From Antedon mediterranea (taxonomy: Eukaryota; Animalia; Echinodermata), in NCBI RefSeq assembly GCF_964355755.1, contig NC_092673.1, positions 33,849,648 through 33,913,647 on the forward strand: 64,000 bases of DNA, in the 5' to 3' direction. Position 1 is the stretch's first letter, and every line of letters starts with the position of its first letter. The notes beneath the pieces are model-generated. The model did not search any database. It had not been told where the DNA came from and worked only from the letters and a program-made list of their open reading frames with translations. A program made the translations under genes and the position numbers. This document shows, in pieces, positions 36,881-49,507 of this stretch.

Positions 36881-37785
36881 CTATGTCCGTACTTGACGCT
36901 GAATGCTCATCTGGCGGCATAAATAAGGTCGTCGTCCAGGTATGAAGGATTTATGACCAAATTCATGACAGGTATGACATTGTACTGGTTCAGAGTGTCT
37001 ACATTCATCAGTTATATGGTTCGAAAGTCCACAAAAATCACAGCCATGATCAATGGGCCTGGCGAAATTACCAGTATGATATGTATTCCAACTGTCCCTG
37101 GAATCCTCATCATTGTATTGCTGTTGTCTGAATTGCTGATTATAGTAGCTATTAACGTCCTCATTATAATGCTGCTTGTATGGATATTGAGAGCCATAAT
37201 CTTCACTGTATTGCTGGTTTGTGCGAGATCGCCGATGATGTTTAATCCGCCGTTGTCTCTTAGTTTTTGAAGGAAAGCGAGTCTCTTTACCTGAACGATG
37301 CTCAGTAGGGTTGTCACTAGAATTATACAAGTCTTGGCGTGGTTTGAGTATGGTGTGTGCTTTATTAATGTTACTTAGCAATCTACTTGTACCTACTTTG
37401 GTAAGGTGAAGACCTCTTTTGTCTAGAGTAGACCTGTCAGCATCATTATTCTTTAGTTTGAAGGTTTCATCGTTATCGATTAGTGTGCAAGCATGTTGAT
37501 TCGCAATATGTTTAAGCCCAGTATTAAACTTGTCAACTCTTTCTTGATGCGCGTTGTCATCAGTACGAGGGCATACTGTTGAGAGCACTTTAGTTACAGA
37601 GGGTGCGGCTACATTTAGTTTAGTAATGAGATCGTCATATTCAGTTAATCCTAATACAACATTGTCGTCTTCAGTGCAGTCATTTGTTCCAACATGTATA
37701 ATAATAGATGAGAGGTTCTCTACAGCGACAGATTCCAACTGATTACGAATACCCTTAACTTTGCCACCACGTATACAAATGTTAC
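36881..37785 (-). CDS. LINE ORF1 (5'-truncated): SGNH esterase-like domain + zinc knuckle
   Basis: CIRGGKV, IIHVGTND and DKRGLHL (SGNH blocks II, III, V), then CDFCGLSNHITDEC and CHTCHEFGH knuckles. Esterase-type ORF1s are known from CR1-group and related LINEs. Confidence 0.85.
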
Positions 37786-37829
37786 ATACAAGAAGTACAG
37801 CCTACAGATGAATACTCCACTAGTCCATA

Positions 37830-37850
37830 CGAATCACGTCGGGGTCACCA
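37830..37850 (-). promoter_or_regulatory. Primer-binding site complementary to the tRNA-Trp 3' end
   Basis: Plus strand CGAATCACGTCGGGGTCACCA equals the 3' end of eukaryotic tRNA-Trp + CCA as I recall it; 1 nt from the 5' LTR. Confidence 0.85.
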
Positions 37851-37851
37851 C

Positions 37852-38442
37852 TTTAGGGAATAAGTAATTCGGTCTTTACTTACCCTATTTAGAATACGGT
37901 AATGGAGTATTGTAGCAGTCAAACGATGTCCAAAGCTGGAAGTATCCTAGGCTCGAAGTAAATGAACTATACGGAGTGTAGAAACCACATATCCACACGA
38001 AGCGCGTACGTACGTGCGCAGTGTAAAGGTTAGGCTAGGCTAGTTCAGGACAATAACATATACAACGGTACAATAATTGAAACACGATAACATACAGTAA
38101 CACGTAGTAAAATATGTAAAGTTAAAACGCTAAATATCAAAATGTAATAGTGCTAATAATTAGGACAACTAATTATTATCGTAAAACTTGTATTAAAACT
38201 CGCAATGGTTTGCTCATAAAAATGTCGATGTCTTCTCGTTGAAAACTTGACGCAGAGAGGGAGGAGAGAGAGGAGAGAGCAAAGATACTATAGCGCCACG
38301 AAGTAGCTATACGATCTTTGGGAGAGAGAGAGAGGGGGAGAGATCGCTCGTTGCGCGTTCGCTATATTTACAACAGCAATTTGCATAACTTTACGCGTTG
38401 AGCGCACACACGCAAATATGTGACGTGTGTGAAGTTCCTACA
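37852..38442 (-). repeat. Gypsy 5' LTR (carries an extra GA-rich/hairpin insert at ~38256-38340)
   Basis: Direct repeat of 27508-28017 with only a few differences plus the insert. Confidence 0.93.
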
Positions 38443-39329
38443 ATTGCCTTTATTACATCGTAATCAGTCTCTACTTCAACTGAACGTTCAATGAAAAGGG
38501 AAATCCCCATATTGTTTCAGTTACGATGCACTGTGTGGGTAGGGCTAGCCTATTAATTTCATATTATTTAAATATATACCTTCTTATTGTGTGTATGACC
38601 ATTATAAAATCAATCCAAATGATGTTCAGTTTTTTGGGCTGATAATGAACCAGGAATATCATGTTGGGTAGGCCTATATGAAAATCTTTCCTATTTCCAT
38701 GCATGCATTACAGCAATATGAGGAGAGGAGAGCACTAACCATGTGCTCCTTGCCTGGTGGCCAGCACTGTTGGCTATATACACTATGAGATTAGGGGAAG
38801 CTACTTAACACAATAACAACACACTCTTTTAGATATCGCTTGACATACGAACTATTGCCTACATGATTATAAAATTCTGTGATTGTTGACATAGAGATGT
38901 AATAAAAATAAACCAAGGGAAATAGTTATTGTGTAATTAAAATGTGACACCACCGTAATTAATGGACTCTTCCATAAACGTGTTGCGCTGTGATGCTGCA
39001 TGCTGCTAGAATACACATCCGCGAGTTCAGAGAGTATTATAGAATATCTAATGCGTACTGTAATATTAATTAATACAGTCGAGGATGACAATTTAAATTA
39101 AATTATTAAATTTATTAAATTTAAAAATTCAATAAACTTGTTACCACACTGTGGTTAGCAGTGGTTAGACATATTTATAACCATCATCTCTCAACAATCT
39201 CTCGATCTCACGCTCAGCAGTGACTTTGACATCGGACAATCTGTATATTCGATGGATTTAAACATAGTCAATAGAAGTAAAATGACCAAAAAATCTTCTA
39301 TAATTGATAAATAATTGCACGATTTTGGA

Positions 39330-39441
39330 AGTGGGCCCTTTGTTTTTCAAGGGGGTTCGCTGGTAAAAGGGGGGTTCGCGCAAAAGGGGGGGGGGGGGTT
39401 TCGCCCGAACCCCCCAAAAAACCCCTGGCTCTACGGGCCTG
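39330..39441 (-). mobile_element. hAT-type element end (..CTACGGGCCTG)
   Basis: Reverse complement CAGGCCCGTAG with ggggttcg/cgaacccc subterminal motifs. Confidence 0.5.
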
Positions 39442-40128
39442 TTGTAGTACGGTAACCCGGTACTGTACTTAAAAAATAATAACGATCGAGGTAAAAAAAA
39501 TGTCAATAGTATTATTAGAAATTCTATATTCAAAATTAACTAAAAACATAATGAATGAGAGTTTTCATTAAAAATCTAGTGTGTACCCCATACAAATTAG
39601 CGCGACCAAAATAGAACGCGACATATCAAACGTAACTAATATGATAAAAAGCATATCTAGTTGCGCTCCATACAAAATACCGGATGTTGTTGATTTCAAA
39701 CGCGACCGATTTCATCTGACACCCAGCCACAGACCGTGAATCACCACCACCGGTGAGGTGGCCTAGCCTGTATTATTGAAAAAAACAATCTCCACTGTGT
39801 AGTCTGGGCTCCAGACGGAGTTTTGTCTTAATATTAGTAAAAATATAAATATTTTTGCACATATGGCGTTTCATACGTGTATTACTTGAGTTTGGATTTT
39901 CAGACAAAAATCGCGGTCGAAATAAAAACAAATAAATAAAAAAAAAAGACAGTAAATACAGACTTGGGGCAAGTCTATCCCACTGTGTAAGAAGAGGAGT
40001 AACCCAGCTCAAAGTTAGTTCGATTTGACGTAATGAAAGGTGCATTTAATATTATCTATAGTAGGCCTAGCCTAGCCTAACTAGGCCTCCTAGTACTTTA
40101 TTATTATATTAATTAAGCTAGCTAGCTC

Positions 40129-40846
40129 GGTTTTCAGACAATTGGGACCAGATGATCGGGTTCAATGAATAATAAGACGATCGGGCCCAAAACATTTTCG
40201 GAAAATTTACAAAAAATAATAATTCGATTTAAAGTTAGAAAAAATGAAAATATATAGGCCTAGGCCTATATAATTACCGAATATTCACACATGTGCTATT
40301 AATTTTGTCGCGAGAGAAAAGTCAAGTTATATCACACTGTAGTGTATAACCAGGGAGTTGTTATAACATTAACAGTGTATAGGCCTAGCTAGGCCTAGTA
40401 TTAGCCTATAGGCCTATGTACGATATTATTTATAACTATCAAAATCAATCACATTTATTCATAAATCGAATAAATATTTTTGGTAAGAAATTCTTAAAAC
40501 CAGTAGGGCCTGTGTTAATTAGGGAAAATTATGATAAAATCAGAGAAATCTAATTAACCTTTTTAAAAAAATCTCAATTTACGCAAAAGAAAAGCACGGT
40601 GACACTAAGCACTAGGAATGAAATGTTGCACATTATTTTATATAACACAAAAGACTATCGGGCCAAACGCTAAGACAATCAGGACCAACTGGTAAGACGA
40701 TCGGGTCCAAAGTGGTTCTGAAAATACTGGACGATCGGAACCACTGGTAAGACGATTGGGCCCAACACATAAGACGATCGGGACCTCAAAATGTGGGCCC
40801 GATCGTCTTGGGCCTGATCGTTTGTGGTCCCGATTTTCTGTTCTCC
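40129..40846. mobile_element. Mutator-like MITE with gacgatcgggccc subterminal repeats
   Basis: Ends GGTTTTCAGACAATTGGGACCA / TGGTCCCGATTTTCTGTTCTCC are degenerate inverted repeats; repeated aagacgatcggg units. Confidence 0.55.
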
Positions 40847-41211
40847 ACTTGCTCACAGCAGGAGGCCTAGGTAGGTAGGTAGGTAGTGCGTCCCACAAGG
40901 TACGGTAGGCCTCTAACTAGGTTAGCGGCAAATTAAGTTAGTGGCCATTTAGTGAATTATTCCATTTGTAATAATGGGTCATAAAATGCGGCATGGGACA
41001 GAGAACTTAATTTCAAGCTCAGTTGAATTGAATTCGAAACAAACAATTTAAAACTGTACATAGCCTATAGAATACGCCTATACTGTGTATTATTAATAAT
41101 ATATATTTCATCTGGTATTATTATTAGACACCATTAATGGATGCAAATAGTTGCTGTGGATTGAAATCGCTACTACTACTACTAGCCTAGACCTAATTAA
41201 AAGAAAGAAGA

Positions 41212-42072
41212 ATGTTCTCTCAGCTTGTTACACTTGATCAACGGTGGAGTTCTCAATGGGCACTATGCTCATCACCTACATCACCTTACGGTGCGTTACG
41301 TCCAGTAATGAAGTTGCTCGAGTTTAGTGGCCATGGTGTTCCTTGGATTGCAATACCGTTGCTACTATTCATAACCAGTGACGATAATTATGTTCTTCAG
41401 TATAGCGTCAACCTTCTTTGTGGTAAGTTTTTTTTTGTAACACAATTATTATTAAGTAACAGTAACATGAAAATAGTTTTATATTATAAGGTCTACGAAA
41501 CCCTTGAAAATAAAAAGAAAATTGAAAAACTGTAGTTTTAGAAAAATTTTCAAAAGAAATGCATAACAGAAGCATCAATATACTGTGTAATGCGCAGTGG
41601 CTGAGAACAATTCTTTTTGAAGATCCTGATGTAAACCAGTATTACCAGTGGTAAATGATTGATTTTGTTTTATTTCACAGCAATGCTCTTCGACCTCGCT
41701 GTAGTAGGAATTGTAAAAGGAATCGTACGTCGCCCTCGTCCTGTATGCAACGTAGATGATATGTTTCTCACTGTTGCCGTTGACAACTTCTCATTCCCGT
41801 CAGGACACTGCACGCGTGCTGGTATGGTTGCGTGGATCTACATCATAACCTTCGACCCTGGCTGGATACCATATATGGCAGCTGTTTCGTGGTCTTTATG
41901 TATAGCTTTGTCTAGGGTAATGTTAGGGCGCCACCATTTTACCGATATTGTATGTGGACTTTTTATTGGTTATCTCCAGGCTTTAATTGTATGCTACTTT
42001 TGGTTAAATATAGAAATATGCCAATATATTAAGCAATTTCTTTTATTTAAATCTATAACAACTGAATTATGA
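41212..42072 (+). CDS. PLPP6: Phospholipid phosphatase 6-like (PAP2 family polyisoprenoid diphosphate phosphatase), 2 coding exons, 200 aa
   Basis: Exons 41212-41422 and 41681-42072 (phase-1 GT-AG). LLEFSGHGVPW, KGIVRRPRP (C1), SFPSGH (C2), SRVMLGRHHFTD (C3). Confidence 0.9.
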
Positions 42073-42699
42073 ATTTTAAAGATGAATTATAATTGTAAAA
42101 AATGAGATTTGGTCAGAAATTGGGTCGATTATTGATGTAGTAGGAGCAAATTTTTAGAATTATGATAGCAATATACAGCAATCTCAATAAACAGTTTTAT
42201 TCATTCATTCATTTTCTTTATTTCGATTACAGTAGTACATCCATATACAAATCATAACAAAAAGAAAAACAATTTCACCAGAAATGCCTCCCATTACATA
42301 GGAGGCAGTGCTCTCTCCACTAGTGCAATACAATCAGTTTTACACTTCAATATATGCACTCCAGATTAAGAAATAGAGTACCTTGAATATAATATTATTA
42401 TTTAAAGTTTGTAACAATTATTAAATTAAATTTTACATAAAAAACAATCACTGAAAGTAAATAATATATGCTTGGTTATGATATTTAAACAAATGTAATT
42501 ATATCCCACCCCTAAAATAAGAGATGGGATTATACTCGAGCATGGGATTGTACTTAAGCATGGGATTATAGTTGGTCATATACGGTATTGAATTAATATT
42601 ATGGAATGGTTTTCAATGAAAATGATTATGTAAAGGATTATGTAAATTATTATAATAATTTGTTTTAATACTTTTGTATACAAATAATTACAAATTTTT

Positions 42700-43300
42700 T
42701 TTTATTTTTTTTATTTTATTCAATTAAAACCAACAGCGATAAATACCGCCACTAACAGGTTTGAAACATAAAACAATACAACATCAAAAACGGTTAACAA
42801 TAAAATACAGATAAAATATATAAATATATATATAAAACATAGATTGGCATGCCATAAAAAATTTCAATTAAAACAGGTTATGCAGACTGTTCAAGAAGTG
42901 AACACATCATCGTCCTCTTAAAATAACCAAGTCTATCATTAAAAATATCGATATGATTGCTATTTAGATTATTAAATGTATAAGGTAGTCTATGAAAAAG
43001 TCCCCTCTTAGTACAGTCGACACGGCTAAAAGGAATATGCAATAAATGTCTATTTCGTGTACGACCAGGAACATTTAAACTAAATAGTGAAATTAATGAA
43101 CAGTCATATTTAGAATTTAAAATATTATATAAAAAAACCATATCAGATATCGTTCGACGATTGCTGACAGAATCAATGGAAAAGGCAAAATTAACACAGT
43201 TATAAGACAGGAATCGAACTTCCGTTGAACAGTGTCGATTCGACGGGCCTGACATGGAGAAATTGAATTGAAAATTGCAGAACAATATTCAAGAGAGACA
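42700..43300 (-). mobile_element. LINE 3' fragment (CR1-group)
   Basis: LEYCSAIFN, RR.ISDMVFLYNILN..DC motifs; A-rich 3' end sharing aaaaccaacagc..gccact with 51925-52680. Confidence 0.7.
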
Positions 43301-45287
43301 AATGGTTTATTTTCTATTTTTGTATACAAAGCATAAAAAACAATTAAGTAGAATTTTCCATAAATCCGCTGCCAATTCTTCATATTATTTACCAATGCAG
43401 TATTATTTTTGATTTAATGTGTGTAAATTAAATAAAATGTACTAATGTAATTGCAATAATGTATTTGATAGGCCTATAGTAGGTAGAATAATTATAAATA
43501 TTACAGATGAAAATAAGGGTATTGTAGTGGAGTGTGTGGATTGAGATCATTGATAAATGGGGACAGTCGTTGGGGAGATGGGTGTAAATTGGACATAACT
43601 CCGACAATGACATTAATCTAGTTGAATTGTACATACATGAGAGACAAATGTACACCTTATAGCGCCTTTCTATACTACGTTTCTGTGGTGCTTTACACAG
43701 AAGTTGCAATTTTATAATATTGTTTCAATAAATATGAATATGATATAGATCCGATATAAATAATAATCATACTGATATAAGATACAATTGATGCTGAATA
43801 TCCACCAGTGTAATAATAAAGAATAAAGAAAATAATAGTTTGGGTTTACTGTTGTACTAGACCAGTTAGAATTGAACGGTTTCCCTCCCTCGTCCGTGTA
43901 GCTTCCTGAAAATATCTGTACTTTTGGCTTCCGTTTTAAACGAACGTATCAAATGAAAAAGTAAAACCATGTAATACAAACTGATGTTGCATTCCTGAGC
44001 AATTGATAGAAAACCAAAAGCTATTGAAAGTTTGTTGTTACGGAACTGAAGAGTAGCATGACACAGAAAATACAATGGGTTGGAAATGGTATGACTATGC
44101 CTTCTATACCCTTTCAAATGTAATTTATAACAGCATTTATAAGATCTTTTGAAGCGTTGGAATAACACAAAAAGAACGTACATATTGCGTGCGAAGAAAT
44201 AATAAGGAAATACGTATATAAATATTATTTTGTATGGTATTTTATGGTGAATTCAGGGCTAGAAGATAACAAACTTTTTGGATAGTTTTCTGGATGATTA
44301 GGGCCACGGTGCGTGAGTGTGCACATTTTGGACAATGAGATGAAGGCGTAACTTTAAAAACGATATTAAACCATACTAATATCTTATATTAAAGCTTAAG
44401 TGAAAATTCCACCGTAGTTCCGTCTAAGCATGGAAATAAGGACTGCATATATCGCATTCAAATCTTTATCTTCCTATAATAAGCAAACAATATAATGAAA
44501 GCACTCAGAAACTGAGTGAAGTACTTGGCAAAATATATCCACTGACTGGGAGCATGTTGAAAGATACAATTTTTGCTTTAGGTATTAGCTTTACATGGTT
44601 AAAATACTGCTAAGGTTAATAATTTGTTTAAATAATTTTTAATACAAACAATTCCGGCATTGCAACAATGACCTTTCTAAAATCAAGATTGACCAGAATA
44701 ATGATCGAGGAGTGTCTTGAAGCTGTGCCGATTTGCGGCGCCTCTGAATTAACCCATGTAGTAAGCTTAACAGCTTCACCAGTCGAATAATATTTTGGTC
44801 CATATCAAAGATATATAATTATGTCCATGTTAAAAAAAGACAGAACGCGTGCTATTTAATATATCGTACGGAAGATAAGCTTTTGAGACATGACCAATAT
44901 ATCAGTTTTCCTGAAAATCAAGGCATGTTCTGTAAGTATATACCTATGTACAGAATCACATAAAATAAGGAAGGACACACGCTAACAGTACTAAAAAACT
45001 AATTATCAACTAACAATAGTTTAATTTGAATAACAATAGAACAGCAACGCGAAAAACAAACTGGTGAATTTGAAAAGAAATAGGTTTTTTAAAACTACTC
45101 GTATCAATAAACCTATACATTAAATCAAATTATGTTTTGAAAATTACAAATTACAATTTATAACTCTTGCCTCTTGTACAAAAATGATGTTTTTTGGACA
45201 AGTAGTTCTCGAGAAAATGCAATTTCAGTACACTTGTTATTTTAAAACTGCTCACCTACTTTTGAAAATTGTCTCCTATCTTTTAAC

Positions 45288-45480
45288 ACTAGCCGGTCTG
45301 AAAATAATTTTTGTTATTTTGTGAAGTTATTAATAAACCAATTTTGTTGATTTTCAATAAGCATGGTCTGAAAGTATATACCTACCTACACCCAAAAATT
45401 CAGAACGATAACTTGAAAACTGTAGGCGCTATCGTACTAACAAACAAACAAACAAACAATAATATAATAATAATATAGAT
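45288..45480 (+). mobile_element. Possible Helitron/Helentron-derived non-autonomous element
   Basis: actagccgg ... cccaaaaattca ... (acaa)n ... aatatagat layout resembling Lep1/HINE-type elements. Confidence 0.35.
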
Positions 45481-47816
45481 TCGCAGGCCCGGTCATACAA
45501 ATGTAAGAAAAGAATGGGGCTGCCAAAAAGGGGACTTTACTAAATGCATGGTTGTACGTCTGTACGTTTTCAGATAAGTTTGGAAACGGGACTAGGGAGA
45601 GATCGATCACAGTGCCTCCTCAGTGTAATGCGAATTAACTGGTATGGGGCAAAGATATAGTACAGGATAAGAAGATCCAATCATACAAAATCAACAGGAA
45701 AATCAGAACAACAAAACATTTGAAAATATATTAACCATGATCAAAAGTCACGCTTTTAGGTTGGAATTGAATAAATAAATAATAGTGCCTAAAGAGACTG
45801 AGGTGGTGGATCCACAATTTCTTTGACGTAGGCTAAATTGATAATATTTAGGCCTAAGTCGTTGACTCGAATTCCACCTGAGAGTAGGCCTATCTGTCAA
45901 AGGGCACTGAACATTCTGTGTACAACCTATACGATTCGTTAACGCAAATAAGTGTTTATTGTATTTATTCCTTTCAGTAAAACACAAAACATTGATGAGA
46001 GACAAGAGCTGTCAAAGACAACTATCGCCAAAGGACGTGTCTCTTCAGTTTCAGACAAACAATACAAGCAAAATAAAGTAAAGAAATTAAAAAACAATAT
46101 TAAAATCAAACTCATGACAATACATGTTTGATTAAAAGATCATTGTTTACTTCAAATATAAAAAATAAAGGTATCAAAGTATAGTGTAGAAACATGTATA
46201 CAATTATTGCACATTCATTCAATTAGCTAGTTGATACGCAATAATAACAAATTATTAACATAAGTTTAAAAATGAAATTCTAATATCATTTTTCAGTATT
46301 GCCTTGCCATGGGGAGTGACGACTGCCCCTTCTAAAATTAACGCAATTTAACGAAAGTTATACCAACATTTCTAGTCTAGTCTTCTATAATTTGCGTCCC
46401 TCAATTGTTGTAACTCGACTTCCTCGGCATTATACATGAAAACCAGACATAATTAGTTTATCTGAAACTTATTTTGTTTCTGCAATCTATTTAAAGAATA
46501 AAGATTTAATAAAAACTTACTCAATTATTTCCTGTAAAAAAATGTAATTTAGACATCACCACCGGGTCACTGCGATTCAACCTTCCCGAGTAGTATTCAT
46601 TTAAAAACAACCTTACGTCTAACGATACAGTACTGTAAAAACAACAACTTACAAAATGGCAGCGAGTTTGTTTTACCTTTATATAGATGTATTTATAAGA
46701 TTCTGTGAACCATTGAAAACACGAGAATGAATTGATGCATGTTATTTCAAACAGAGAATAAATAAAAGGAAAGAGTTGTTTGTATACATTATTATACGTG
46801 ATTTATTTCATTCCTTTTTATCTGAGTTGTGAGCTCCATTTTGCTTAACGCATGGTGTTTCTTTTTTGTTTATGCGGTATTTGAATTATTGTCAACACAG
46901 GTGTATATTATACAAATATTCATCCTAGTATAGGAACGCTATGTAAGCATTATCTAATGAATAATCATGATTTTAAAACCTTTATGTTGATTACGTCACG
47001 AAGTTCTGCAAGGCTCTATGAAACGTTAAAAGTATAAGAGTTATGCTAGTGTTCAACTTGAATAACAACATAGTTTCTATTTTACATGAACCATGGATTA
47101 TTAACATGTTTACATCTTTAGCTTTGTGTTACCGTTAATAGACGGGCCCATGATATCATTATAATGGTGTGTTCTTCTCTTATACCCTGATCTACAATGT
47201 ATATGTCTAAGACACAATCATGGTTGATACAGATAATATTTTTATATTAATATTTTACATAAGTTACATAATTAATTTTGTTGAAAGTTTAATTGAATTG
47301 AATTAAAAATAAATATATAAAAAATGGCCACATTTTTTAGACTTATAGGAAACTATAATAAAATAAATTATTTAAAACTTAGGCTACATGTTTAGCACCT
47401 ATTATCGCATTTCTTTAGAGTTGAAGGTTGAATACCAAAAAGTACTTTTTAAGACATAATCAGTCACATTAAAATTGCCGAAAACGTTGAAAAACACACA
47501 AAATATTTAAATGACGTCATATCATATTAAACAAGAAATATTTCTTACAAAAAACGCCGCGTAACTTTTTGACTGGACAGTTGTAAGAACAGTCTTCATT
47601 AATCTAATATAATAGGTCGGCCAATCAAAACGCAAGTGAACAATTGGGACCTTACTTGTGATTTATGTCATTGGCCTGTCAGCACAGTCGTTTCTTTCTA
47701 GAATTAAACGCACAAACTTGTATTGGGAATAATGTATGTTTATGTGGTTATTACTATCGCATTTAGGTATTGATAATAATAATAATAATATGGCTTTTGA
47801 ATATATAATTACTGTC

Positions 47817-49070
47817 CAGGGGCGCAGCCAGCAAAGAATTAAAGGGGGGGTCAACCAATATGTGAGTATTTTGCGAGCGAAGCGAGCAACCATGGGCTGG
47901 GGGCCAGGGGGCCGGCAAGGGCCTCCGGTTGGGGTCCAGGGGGCGAAGCCCCCTGGAAGCTTTGGCGGTCTAGGGCAATCTAGATCATTTGAATCGGTTT
48001 ACGCACACACAAATATGACAATGTTAACACTAATAAACTGAAACAAAGAAAACAAAAAACAACTCTCATTTTCATTACAGAACATTTTTATATTCCAGGC
48101 TGCCACAGACAAACACTTTTTTTCTTGCTTGTTTGTTGATTTGTGTAGAGAGGCTGTAAACTCAGAGGAGGAATTATTTGAATTCTTCCCTTTTCACCAA
48201 TACAAAAGTTGCATGAAATGAACGTAGAGATGCAAAAGTTTGAAAAAAGAAATTAGAATGATAGCATGGAGGGAGTGATATTATTAAATGAGAACCGTAA
48301 GGTTAGAGTTCATACACTGTGCAAGTCCAAGAAGCTATCTTGGCTCCGTGTGTATGTGAGACGCTTATCATACCCAGTACATACAATATTTTGTTTAAAA
48401 ATATACCTATTTTGTTTGAATGTATAGTATAGGTGATAGCTTATACATAATTGTAATAACTAACTTCTAAATTATTATCATACATTTTACGTTAGTTACT
48501 ATAACGGCGCTCTTGACATCGCGTGATGCATCTTTAAACATAAGTTTGGAACATTCTTCTTGGCTTGGAGACAGAATTCGCGAATGACATTTTCTGTATT
48601 AATGTTCATGTTAAAGTGTATGTTCATGAGGCACAATCCCGAAAGCTGCTCATAAGACATGTGATTTCCCAAACAGGTTTTCGTTCTCCATAAAGTCGAA
48701 AAACTCCGCTCAGCTTCAGCAGACGTTACAGGCATAGGCCTACGCGATTAGAAGAAGTGCACGCACATTCGGGAACACATTTGGATCCGCTAATTTTACA
48801 CAGTCGCTTCCATCACTGAAGCTCGGAATGAAGATGTTCGTGTCTTGGCAGATCATCGTACCAAATTCAAGTTCCTTGAAGACTTCTTCAACATTACACT
48901 TCACTATAGACTCGGGTGCTACGCCAAATATTTTAAAGCATGGCCTGTTATCGGCAGAAAAACAGGTTTTTAACTCGGTTTGTAATCAAGAAGTTGATTT
49001 GGTAATACTGCTCGGTAGTAATCTTCCACAGTATCTCCAGGATGATTTGATCTGTATTGTTGTCTCATGT
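47817..49070 (-). mobile_element. Degenerate hAT transposon (terminus + transposase C-terminal dimerisation-domain remnant)
   Basis: CAGGGGCGCAGCC terminus at 47817; ORF 48499-48735 PVTSAEAERSFSTL.RTKT.L..HMS.EQLSGLCLMNIH, preceded by FPNVRALL in another frame. Confidence 0.8.
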
Positions 49071-49507
49071 TTTTATTTATTTTTTCTAAAAAAAAAAAGG
49101 GGGGGGGGGGGGTCAGGACCCCCAAATACATGTTCAATCTTTTGATTAGAGAGGTTGGAGTTTCATTTTGAACGAAAGTATTTATTTGATAATTTCTAGT
49201 CCTAATGATTTGAGATTCAACGGGTTTTGCTTTCAATTGTATAATAATATAATTATATATATATATAAATATAATATTAAGTATAATTATGAATTCACCA
49301 ACACTTTCAGGCCCAATAACAATGATCCCGGGCCTGAGTTTTTGTAGACCGGACTTCCATGCACAGCCACAATGTTAAGGAATATGAATCTCTTTATGAT
49401 TTTAATATGGTTCGAAATGATATTACACAACAACGATTAGACAGCAACTGTGCAAGAGTCCAACTAATAAAATCGGAATGATCAATTAATTGAACATTTA
49501 CAGCATA

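Larger units (their letters stand above)
32276..37785 (-). mobile_element. Near-intact non-LTR retrotransposon, 5'-truncated inside ORF1, nested in the Gypsy leader
   Basis: ORF1 remnant + ORF2 + ~480-bp 3'UTR ending in AATAAA and an (ATT)n tail at ~32790-32810 (tail split by the MITE). The 5' junction at ~37785 lies ~45 bp from the Gypsy PBS. Confidence 0.9.
27508..38442 (-). mobile_element. Full-length Ty3/Gypsy LTR retrotransposon with nested insertions
   Basis: Near-identical LTRs 27508-28017 and 37852-38442; 4-bp TSD ATTG (27504-27507, 38443-38446); PBS 37830-37850; PPT 28018-28035; gag then PR-RT-RH-IN order. Confidence 0.95.

Noticed and set aside
37830-37850. tRNA-Trp gene
   Set aside because: Only the 3' 21 nt including CCA are present, next to an LTR; this is a primer-binding site.
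26927-39441. A single hAT element enclosing the Gypsy (CAGGCCCGTAG ... CTACGGGCCTG)
   Set aside because: 11-bp ends match, but the 8-bp flanks differ (ATATTGTA vs TTGTAGTA) and the subterminal motifs differ; likely two separate remnants.
39740-41211. Upstream non-coding exon of PLPP6 (donor accg|gtgagg near 39752)
   Set aside because: Plausible from local CpG content, but cannot be supported without transcripts.
27289-42587. pogo-like ends capturing PLPP6 as cargo
   Set aside because: Only TACCGTATAT (10 bp, a generic pogo terminus) matches; the internal repeats differ.
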